Part shown: piece by piece, positions 56,998 through 64,000 of the stretch
Numbering within the stretch: position 1 is the stretch's first letter
How the letters are laid out: every line of letters begins with the position of its first letter
Origin: Planctomycetia bacterium
Lineage (GTDB): Bacteria; Planctomycetota; Planctomycetia; Pirellulales; PNKZ01
NCBI GenBank assembly: GCA_021413845.1
Contig: JAIOPP010000095.1
Span: 5,993 to 69,992, forward strand
Length of the DNA: 64,000 nt
Reading direction: 5' to 3'
The notes under the pieces: generated by a model
What the model was told of the DNA's origin: nothing
The model's database searches: none
The model's input: the letters and a program-made list of their open reading frames with translations, nothing else
Position numbers and translations under genes: made by a program

Positions 56998-57831
56998 TCA
57001 ATCTGTTTTCGGCGGCGCGGCAACGGTGGCTGGGGTCGGTTCGAGCTTCGCGATCGTCAACCGCACTCCGGCCGCTTCGACTCTGCGTTTCCAATCGGGC
57101 GAGATCCCGTCGTCGACCACGAGATGCTTCGCCACTTCGAGCGGCGCGAGATGCGCCAAGCTCTGATGTCCGAACTTCGTACTGTCGGCCACGACGATCA
57201 CTTCTTCGGCGGCTTGCATCATCGCGAGCTCGGTTTCTACCAGCAGCAGATTGCTGTTGAAGAAGCCCCGTTCGTTGATGCCCGCCACGCTCAACACCGT
57301 CCGTCGCACGCTGAGGCGCGACAACATCTCATTCGCATAAGGTCCGAGCGACACGCCGGTGCGCGGATAAACGTAACCGCCGAGCAGCACGAGATCGGTC
57401 GTGGCGTTCGAAGCGAACAAGTTCGCCGTCGGCAACGAATTCGTCACGATCTGCAACGGCCGGCCCACCAAGAGCCGCGCCACTTCGTAGGTCGTCGTTC
57501 CTCCGTCGAGCAATACCGTGTCGCCGTCGGCAATCAATTCCGCCGCACGCCGGGCGATCGCTCGCTTCCGGTCCCAATTCGCAGGTTGAAGCTGGTCGAA
57601 ATGAGGAAGCTTGGGGGAAGCACCGGTGTAAAACACCCCGCCGTGCGTCCGCTTCGCTTGCCCAGTCTCTTCCAAAGCCTCTAGATCGCGCCTCACGGTC
57701 GACTCGCTGACCGTGAGCAACTCGGCAAGATCCGGGAGAGCGGCAAATCCGCGCTCGCGCACCAGCTCGAGAAGTCGTGTCCGGCGTTCGTCGACGATCG
57801 GCATGAACTGATAACCTCGTGTCACAGTCAT
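56998..57831 (-). CDS. DeoR-family transcriptional regulator (first gene of the BMC locus)
   Basis: [29 protein letters not shown], followed by a sugar-phosphate-binding C-terminal domain. The start is at 57831 or 57804. Confidence 0.85.
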   Translation of the reverse strand: MTVTRGYQFMPIVDERRTRLLELVRERGFAALPDLAELLTVSESTVRRDLEALEETGQAKRTHGGVFYTGASPKLPHFDQLQPANWDRKRAIARRAAELIADGDTVLLDGGTTTYEVARLLVGRPLQIVTNSLPTANLFASNATTDLVLLGGYVYPRTGVSLGPYANEMLSRLSVRRTVLSVAGINERGFFNSNLLLVETELAMMQAAEEVIVVADSTKFGHQSLAHLAPLEVAKHLVVDDGISPDWKRRVEAAGVRLTIAKLEPTPATVAAPPKTD

Positions 57832-57851
57832 GGCAATTATCTGTTATTTAG

Positions 57852-57877
57852 TGACGGAATTCAATCATCATCCGTCA
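57852..57877. promoter_or_regulatory. candidate operator palindrome upstream of the DeoR/BMC operon
   Basis: TGACGGA-N12-TCCGTCA with perfect 7-bp arms. It lies 21-46 nt upstream of the 57831 start, in an AT-rich divergent intergenic region. Confidence 0.4.
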
Positions 57878-58045
57878 TAAATCTGCTTGCACTGTCTCGT
57901 AATGGCTCAAAATCGCCGTAATCTATTGCCGATACATAGCTTAGGTATCTAGCGTTGAGTTTGCGGCTTTCCAAGCGTGACAATTCTTGCCGCTAATTCG
58001 CCACGCGTCCAAGAATTCACTCCATAAAAGTCGACGTATCGGGAA

Positions 58046-58567
58046 ATGTCGAGAATTCTCCACCTCCAAAAGTCGCTCACAGCCGGTCCCGACCCCCTAA
58101 CGGTTCCGGGCGTAACGATTCGGCCGTTTAACGGGGCGACCTCGGCAACGACCAACGCCGACGCTCGCGCATGGCTCGCGCTGCGCGAAGCGGCCTTCGC
58201 GGGGATGCTCGCCGCCGGCCGGAGTTGGACGATCGACGACTTCGACCGCGAGCTCACGGCCAAGCCGTGGTGGTCGCCCGAGCGAACTCTCTTAGCATGC
58301 ATCTCAGACGGCGAGCCGGATTCGATCGTCGGCCCGATCGTCGGCTCAATCACGCTCGGCCGCACCGGTCGACCGCCGCACGATTCGGCTTCCGTGATGT
58401 GGCTCATGGTTCGGCCGGAATGGCGCGACCGGGGGATCGGTCAAGCGCTGCTCTCGACCATCGAAGGCCTTGCGCTTGCTCAGGAGGAGTCGATCCTCAC
58501 ACTGGAAACGCACGTCGAATGGCAAGCAGCCGTGCGGCTTTATCGCGCCGCGGGTTATACGACGTGA
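58046..58567 (+). CDS. GNAT-family N-acetyltransferase
   Basis: 173 aa, with motif A WRDRGIGQALL. Confidence 0.75.
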   Translation: MSRILHLQKSLTAGPDPLTVPGVTIRPFNGATSATTNADARAWLALREAAFAGMLAAGRSWTIDDFDRELTAKPWWSPERTLLACISDGEPDSIVGPIVGSITLGRTGRPPHDSASVMWLMVRPEWRDRGIGQALLSTIEGLALAQEESILTLETHVEWQAAVRLYRAAGYTT

Positions 58568-58571
58568 TCCG

Positions 58572-59204
58572 TTAAGAGATCCGAATACGGCGCCCCTCGG
58601 GCCGGACCTTCCCGGCCGCGAGCAATCGCAACGCTTCCGGATAGGCGATGCACTCCGCTTCGAACACGCGCGCCGCCAGCGTGTCCGGCGTGTCGTCATC
58701 GAGCACCGGCACGGCCCGCTGCAGGATGATCGGGCCGTGGTCGAATTGGTTGTCGACGAAATGGACGGTGCAGCCGCTTAGCTTCGCGCCGTAGGCGAGC
58801 ACCGCTTCGTGGACGTGATGCCCGTACATTCCATGCCCGCAAAAGGCGGGGATCAGGCCCGGGTGGATGTTCAATACGCGTAAGGCGAAGTCGTCCGGGA
58901 TCGGCACGAACTTCAAATAGCCGGCCATCACGACATAGTCGCACCCCGAGCGACGACATTCGTTGAAGACCGCGGCACCGAAGTCTTCATCCGTCGCGAA
59001 CTCGCGCCGCTCGATGACAGCCGTCGCGATGCCGGCGGCTCGCGCGTATTCCAGCCCGCGGGCCCGCGGCGCGCTCGAGATCACGGCGACGACCTCGACC
59101 GGCAGCGCCGCCGTTTCAACCTGTGCGAGGATGTTGCGCAGCGTGGTGCCGCCGCCCGAGATCAGGACTGCGACCCGAAGCGTTTTCTTGCTTAGGTCGG
59201 TCAC
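58572..59204 (-). CDS. purN: phosphoribosylglycinamide formyltransferase
   Basis: A GTG start at 59204 overlaps the ileS stop (GTGA). The sequence [26 protein letters not shown] and the motif NIHPGLIP are present. The track's longer ORF to 59402 would overlap ileS by 200 nt. Confidence 0.85.
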   Translation of the reverse strand: MTDLSKKTLRVAVLISGGGTTLRNILAQVETAALPVEVVAVISSAPRARGLEYARAAGIATAVIERREFATDEDFGAAVFNECRRSGCDYVVMAGYLKFVPIPDDFALRVLNIHPGLIPAFCGHGMYGHHVHEAVLAYGAKLSGCTVHFVDNQFDHGPIILQRAVPVLDDDTPDTLAARVFEAECIAYPEALRLLAAGKVRPEGRRIRIS

Positions 59205-62200
59205 GATGGCCGCACCTGCACGAAGACCTGGAGCGTTCCCGCACCGAACGGCACATCGACCGGCTCGGCTCCTTGGAGTTCGCCGACGGTAAGCGATGTC
59301 GCCAAGGTTTCCGAGCGCACGTATTCCGCGAACGGCCCGGCGGCGAACGCCGCAGCCTCTTCGCCGACGACGCCGATCGCGATCCGGTCGGTGTATTTGC
59401 AATCCAGGTCTTTGCGGATCGTTTGCAGGCTGTGAACGAAATCTCGCGCTAGGCCTTCGGCAATCAACTCCGGCGACACTTCCGTCGAGACGACGACCAC
59501 CCCTGCCCCGCTATGCGAGGCGGCCCAGCCCGGCTTCGCTTGCAGGCGAACTTGCACTTCCTCGGTCGTGAGTTCGAGCGGGCCGTCGCTCAGTTCCAGC
59601 GTCGCTTTCCCGGCCGTTTCCAGTTGTTGCAGCAGTGCCGCGGCGTCGACTTTCGCGAGCGCCGGCTTCACCAGCGGTAGCCGCTTCCCGAGCTTCGGGC
59701 CGAGCTTTTTCAAATCGGGAAGCACGGTATAGGCGACGTATTCATCGGCCCGCACCGAGAACTCGACCTGCTTCACGTTGAGCTCTTCACGAATCAGCGC
59801 GGCATGTTGCTCGAGCCAGGCTTGGTGCGTCGTGTCGGCAAGGCAGATCTCGACTTTTGCGAGCGGCTGACGCACCTTGAGCTTGGCCCCCATCCGCGCG
59901 CTTCGGCCGAGCGAAACGACCTCGCGCACCAAGTTCATCTGGCTCGAAAGAGTTTCGTTGATCGCCGCGGCGTCGACTTTAGGATAGTCGCACAGATGCA
60001 CGCTTTCGGTAACCGTATCGGCACCGTTGCCAGCTCCGGCCACCGCCAAATTCTGCCAGATCGTTTCGGCCATGAACGGCGTGAACGGCGCGATCAATTT
60101 CGTCGTCGTGAGCAAGCATTCATAGAGGGTCCAATAGGCGTCGAGCTTTTTGCGATCTTGCTTGTCTTCGCTCCAGAAGCGATCGCGGCTCCGGCGGACA
60201 TACCAATTGCTCAGCGCGTCGACGAAGGTCGTGAGTGCGGTGCAGGCATTGAAGTTGTCGTAGGCGTCCATTCGCTCGACGACGGTTTGCGTCGTCCGCT
60301 GCAACTCGCTGATCACCCAACGATCGAGCTCGCTCCGCTCGGCCACCGGGCGATACGTCTTCGCTCGGGCCAAGACCTCCGGCCCGAGATCGCCGAGAGG
60401 TTTCGTGGCGTCCTTGCCGACTGCGAACTGCGAGGCGGGGTCGAAGCCGTCGATTCCGGCGTAGATTACGAAGAAGCTGTAGCAATTCCAAAGCCGCAGC
60501 AAGAACTCCGGAATGCTCTCCTTGATCGCTTGTTCGCTGTAGCGCGTCGAGGTCCAGGGCGGTGAGCTCGCGTAGAAGTACCACCGGAGCGCGTCGGCAC
60601 CGTACTTATCGAAGATTTCGTTCGGTTCGCGATAGTTGCGTTTGCTCTTCGACATCTTCTGCCCGTCTTCGCCGAGCATGAAGCCGAGGACGATGCAGTT
60701 CTTGAACGGATGCGGATACTCTTTCCCCTGCCCTTCCTTCTCCTGCTCGGCCGCCCCATTTTCGCCGAACAGCAGCGTGCTGATCGCCAGCTGGCTATAG
60801 AACCAGCCGCGCGTTTGGTCGATCGCTTCACTGATGAAGTCGGCGGGGAACTGGCTTTGAAATCGCTCTTTGCTGCCGGCGGTGTGCGGATAGCCCCACT
60901 GCGCAAACGGCATCGCCCCCGAGTCGTACCAGCAGTCGATCACCTCGCTCACACGGCGCATCCGCGCTCCTGCAGCGAAAGGCGAGTCGTACGTTACTTC
61001 GTCGATATACGGCTTATGCACGCGCAGGTCTTCCGGCAGGTCGGGCACGGCCTTCTTCGCCGCTTCCCAGACTTGCACGCCATCGATCCCCGGCTTCGCA
61101 AGCAGTTCGTCGTACGACGCGATCGCTTCCTTTTCGCCGGTCTGTTGGCAAACCCAGATCGGCAACGGAGTCCCCCAATAGCGCTCGCGCGAGAGGGCCC
61201 AATCGACGTTCGACTCCAGGAAGTTGCCGAACCGTCCGTCGCGAATATGCTCGGGCTGCCAATGGATCTTCGCGTTGTTCGCGAGCATGTCGTCTTTAAA
61301 CTTGCTCGTCCGGATGAACCAACTCTTGCGCGGATACTGGATAAGCGGATCCTGCTCGGCCCGCCAACAGAACGGATAGTCGTGCAAATACTCTTCGCGA
61401 TGCCACATCAGGCCCTTCTCGCGAATGGCACGCGCGATGTCCTTATCGGCCTCCTTCACCCAACGCCCTTCGTACTCCGGAGCATCTCTAGTGAACTTGC
61501 CATCGGGCCCGACCGCGCAGATCAATTCTGGAAGTTTCAATGATACAAACTTCGCCCCCGCCATAGTCGAACCGGAAGCGGCGAGTATTCGAAAACGATC
61601 TCGTTCTTCTTGCAGAACGTCGAAATCGACCTCACCAAACGCTGGAGCGATATGGACGATGCCAGTTCCGCTATCGATCGTCACAAAACTCGCAGGGACG
61701 ATTCGCCAAGCAATATGCTGTGATTCCGGATCGCTCTCCGGATCATCATCGCCAACCAACGACCCTTTTAAATAGCCAACTACATCGCCAAACGATTTGT
61801 AGTAATAGTCGAATGGCGGCACATACCTCAGCCCGACAAGCTCGCTCCCCTTCAACGAAGCGACGACTTTCAACTCGCGCCCGATCTTCGCAGCCAGCAC
61901 CTCGCGCAATGCCGCGGCGACGACGAGTTTCTGCGTAACCCCTTCGTGTTCGTCACTGACGACGACGTATTCGAGCTCCGGATGTACCGCCGCGAACTGG
62001 TTGCTCGGCAACGTCCACGGAGTCGTCGTCCACACGAGCAAGCTCGTGCTCTCATCCAAGCCGAGCGCCTTTGCCTTGTCATCCACGACGATCGGGAACC
62101 GCACATACACGCTCGGGTCGGCCACCTGCCGATACCCCTGCCCGACTTCGCCGGCGCTGAGTGCGGTTCCTCCTTGGGCCCACCACCAGACGATCTTATG

Positions 62201-62725
62201 TCCTTGGTAGAGCAAGCCTTCGTCGAACAGGGTCTTAAGCGACCACCACACGCTTTCCACATACGATTTGTGGTAGGTGACGTAGGCCTGCTTCAGATCG
62301 ACCCAGAAGCCGAGCCGTTCGGTGAGGCGTTCCCATTGCTGCATGTAGCGCCAGACGCTCTCGCGGCACTTCTTGATGAACGGCTCGATGCCGTATTCTT
62401 CGATCTCGTCTTTCGAGTGGATGCCGAGCTCTTTGCAGACTTCGACTTCGACCGGCAGCCCATGCGTGTCCCAACCGGCTTTGCGAAGGCATTGGTAGCC
62501 GCGCATCGTGCGGTAACGGGGGAAGACGTCTTTGATGGCCCGGGTCAGGCAGTGGCCCGGATGCGGCATTCCGTTGGCCGTCGGCGGCCCTTCATAAAAG
62601 ACGAACGCCCCCTCGGGCGACGGCCGCTCAAGCGACTTGGCGTAGATGCCGCGCTCGCGCCAGAAGTCGAGCACGGCTTGTTCGAGAGCGGGAAACTGAG
62701 CGTTGGCGGCGACGTTGCGGAACAT
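59201..62725 (-). CDS. ileS: isoleucyl-tRNA synthetase
   Basis: 1174 aa. HIGH-type motif [16 protein letters not shown] present, and an editing-domain-sized insertion. Confidence 0.95.
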   Translation of the reverse strand: MFRNVAANAQFPALEQAVLDFWRERGIYAKSLERPSPEGAFVFYEGPPTANGMPHPGHCLTRAIKDVFPRYRTMRGYQCLRKAGWDTHGLPVEVEVCKELGIHSKDEIEEYGIEPFIKKCRESVWRYMQQWERLTERLGFWVDLKQAYVTYHKSYVESVWWSLKTLFDEGLLYQGHKIVWWWAQGGTALSAGEVGQGYRQVADPSVYVRFPIVVDDKAKALGLDESTSLLVWTTTPWTLPSNQFAAVHPELEYVVVSDEHEGVTQKLVVAAALREVLAAKIGRELKVVASLKGSELVGLRYVPPFDYYYKSFGDVVGYLKGSLVGDDDPESDPESQHIAWRIVPASFVTIDSGTGIVHIAPAFGEVDFDVLQEERDRFRILAASGSTMAGAKFVSLKLPELICAVGPDGKFTRDAPEYEGRWVKEADKDIARAIREKGLMWHREEYLHDYPFCWRAEQDPLIQYPRKSWFIRTSKFKDDMLANNAKIHWQPEHIRDGRFGNFLESNVDWALSRERYWGTPLPIWVCQQTGEKEAIASYDELLAKPGIDGVQVWEAAKKAVPDLPEDLRVHKPYIDEVTYDSPFAAGARMRRVSEVIDCWYDSGAMPFAQWGYPHTAGSKERFQSQFPADFISEAIDQTRGWFYSQLAISTLLFGENGAAEQEKEGQGKEYPHPFKNCIVLGFMLGEDGQKMSKSKRNYREPNEIFDKYGADALRWYFYASSPPWTSTRYSEQAIKESIPEFLLRLWNCYSFFVIYAGIDGFDPASQFAVGKDATKPLGDLGPEVLARAKTYRPVAERSELDRWVISELQRTTQTVVERMDAYDNFNACTALTTFVDALSNWYVRRSRDRFWSEDKQDRKKLDAYWTLYECLLTTTKLIAPFTPFMAETIWQNLAVAGAGNGADTVTESVHLCDYPKVDAAAINETLSSQMNLVREVVSLGRSARMGAKLKVRQPLAKVEICLADTTHQAWLEQHAALIREELNVKQVEFSVRADEYVAYTVLPDLKKLGPKLGKRLPLVKPALAKVDAAALLQQLETAGKATLELSDGPLELTTEEVQVRLQAKPGWAASHSGAGVVVVSTEVSPELIAEGLARDFVHSLQTIRKDLDCKYTDRIAIGVVGEEAAAFAAGPFAEYVRSETLATSLTVGELQGAEPVDVPFGAGTLQVFVQVRPS

Positions 62726-62736
62726 GGGGCTAGGAA

Positions 62737-62764
62737 GGGGTCAGGGGTCGGGGATCAGGGGTCG
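62737..62764. repeat. tandem heptamer array (4 units) in the ileS leader; G4-capable on the + strand
   Basis: GGGGTCA GGGGTCG GGGATCA GGGGTCG. The G-tracts are at 62737-40, 62744-47, 62750-53 and 62758-61, with loops of 3, 2 and 4 nt. The array starts 12 nt upstream of the ATG at 62725. Confidence 0.9.
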
Positions 62765-62907
62765 GACTCGGCGGACGGCAAATACAGAGACAACGGCGAC
62801 GTCGCCGACGGTGCGCGGCGAGCTTGCTAGACAGCTCACCGACAGGCCGGAAAACGGCCAATAGAACAGGATTGCGCCGTTTTTTCAATCGAAGTCGGCC
62901 CGCGCGA

Positions 62908-63630
62908 TCAAGTCGCGGCGAGCTTGAGAAACCGGCTGGCGAACTTCGGCCCGGTGCCGGTGTCTTCGTGTTTGAAAAAGACATAGGCCTGGTTCCAGGC
63001 CTGCGCCCTGATGCGCTTGATCCAAGTGCGCAACTGCGCGTCGGTATACTTCTCGCGCCGCAAGCGAACGAGGCCCCAACTTGCCGTCTCGACCAGCGGC
63101 GTCGACGGCAACTCATCGGCGTCGGCCACGCACAACGCGCACGCATGCTTGCGCAGCAGGGCGAAGGTTTCTTCCGTGAGCCAGCTTTCGTGCCGAAACT
63201 CGATCGCGGCCCGAGTGCGGCGCGGCAACAACTTCAAGAACGTTTCGAGGCGCGGCAGGTCTAGCTTGCAGTTCGGCGGCAACTGAAACAAGAGCGGCCC
63301 GAGCCGCCGCTTGAGCGCTCCGGCGATCCGGAGGAATTGCACAGTTTCAGCAGAGACATCGCTTAACCGCTTGCGATGTGTGATCGTCTGCGAAGCCTTG
63401 AGCACGAAGCGAAACGTGCCGGGCACTTGCTTCCCCCACGCTGCGACGACGCTCGCGCTCGGCAAGCGATAGAACGTGTTGTTGATCTCGACCGTGCCGA
63501 ACCGCTCGGCATAGTAACCGAGCATCTCTTTCTGCGGCAGCTCTTGCGGATAGAACGAAGGCTTCCACTTCGGGTAGCTATAGCCGCTCGTGCCGACGAA
63601 GAACTCCGTGGTTCGCGCGCTAGATGCCAT
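62908..63630 (-). CDS. DUF72 (YecE-like) protein
   Basis: ATG at 63630: MASSARTTEFFVGTSGYSYPKWKPSFYP... Confidence 0.7.
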   Translation of the reverse strand: MASSARTTEFFVGTSGYSYPKWKPSFYPQELPQKEMLGYYAERFGTVEINNTFYRLPSASVVAAWGKQVPGTFRFVLKASQTITHRKRLSDVSAETVQFLRIAGALKRRLGPLLFQLPPNCKLDLPRLETFLKLLPRRTRAAIEFRHESWLTEETFALLRKHACALCVADADELPSTPLVETASWGLVRLRREKYTDAQLRTWIKRIRAQAWNQAYVFFKHEDTGTGPKFASRFLKLAAT

Positions 63631-63667
63631 CGGAGTCGTTCTGCTCGCAGCGACGATAAAAGCGCGC

Positions 63668-63994
63668 TTAGTACTTCGCCATTCCCGGTGCGATTTCTTC
63701 GGCCCAGGTGTGGATTCCGCCAGCCATGCTTTGGGCCTGCGTGTAACCATTCTGCCGAAGCCACTGCGCGACCCGCATGCTGCGACCGCCGTGGTGGCAA
63801 TGGACGACGATCGGCTTGCCGCGATGGGGCTCCAATTCGCCGCCGCGCGTAGTGAGCTCGCTCATCGGCAGCAGCGTGGTCCCCTCGATATTCACCAACG
63901 TATGCTCCTCCTTTTCCCGACAATCGAGAAAGAGAAACGGTTCGCCGGCGTCGAGTTTTTTCTTCACGCTCTTACAATCGATTTCCCACGGCAA
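63668..63994 (-). CDS. single-domain rhodanese-like sulfurtransferase (N-terminus possibly just outside the window)
   Basis: Active-site loop VVHCHHGGRS. The track start at 63994 is a TTG, and the frame is still open at the window edge. Confidence 0.75.
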   Translation of the reverse strand: MPWEIDCKSVKKKLDAGEPFLFLDCREKEEHTLVNIEGTTLLPMSELTTRGGELEPHRGKPIVVHCHHGGRSMRVAQWLRQNGYTQAQSMAGGIHTWAEEIAPGMAKY

Positions 63995-64000
63995 ACTGGC

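Noticed and set aside
48664-62764. Whether the short repeat arrays (48664, 51724, 52075, 53668, 62737) could be a CRISPR array or CRISPR remnants.
   Set aside because: The units are 7 nt long and directly abutting, with no unique spacers. The arrays are tiny and scattered in leaders or spacers, and no cas genes are present.
62851-62885. AAAACGGC...GCCGTTTT hairpin between DUF72 and ileS as a bidirectional intrinsic terminator.
   Set aside because: It has only 4 G:C pairs plus A:T pairs and a 17-nt loop, which is too weak to call from sequence alone.

Overview
This is 64 kb of high-GC bacterial chromosome (about 60% G+C in the two native lines I hand-counted). It is almost fully coding, with about 52 protein genes. 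I recognise no rRNA, tRNA, CRISPR array, transposase or integrase. The gene content points to Planctomycetota, probably Pirellulales (inference). Supporting genes are a DUF1501 protein next to a CxxCH-motif partner, a Pirellula/Verrucomicrobium-type membrane-bound-dehydrogenase/haem protein, Tat-signal Gfo/Idh/MocA oxidoreductases, a 1305-aa secreted LamG protein and a Planctomycetes/Verrucomicrobia-type microcompartment locus. Housekeeping genes include ugd-uxs, htpG, pyc, a photolyase, HtrA, a DppD/F-like ATPase pair, purN-ileS, DUF72 and a rhodanese. Four structured loci stand out. (1) A complete PVM-type bacterial microcompartment (BMC) operon lies on the minus strand at 48.7-57.8 kb: DeoR, PduL, 2 BMC-H, AckA, 3 BMC-P, acylating aldehyde dehydrogenase, class II aldolase, LDH/MDH-like, an unknown 233-aa cargo-like protein, and a trailing aldolase-type TIM-barrel gene. 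(2) A DUF2760-Hsp70-Hsp70 operon runs off the left edge. (3) There are two small low-GC islets. One is a stand-alone TIR-like + winged-helix gene (10.1-11.0 kb). The other is a 5'-truncated Hint-domain polymorphic-toxin tip with a tightly coupled putative immunity gene (30.0-31.5 kb), capped by a perfect 25-bp inverted repeat. (4) A family of period-7 (heptamer) repeats sits in gene leaders and inside the BMC operon, as tandem arrays or as long imperfect hairpins. The best candidates for something undescribed are the one-gene TIR/wHTH islet, the orphan toxin tip of unassigned family, the DUF2760/Hsp70 module and the heptamer repeat family. All family assignments are by-eye motif recognition. 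No database search or folding was run. Many ORF-track entries are Arg/Pro-rich antisense or out-of-frame shadows typical of high-GC DNA and were ignored.
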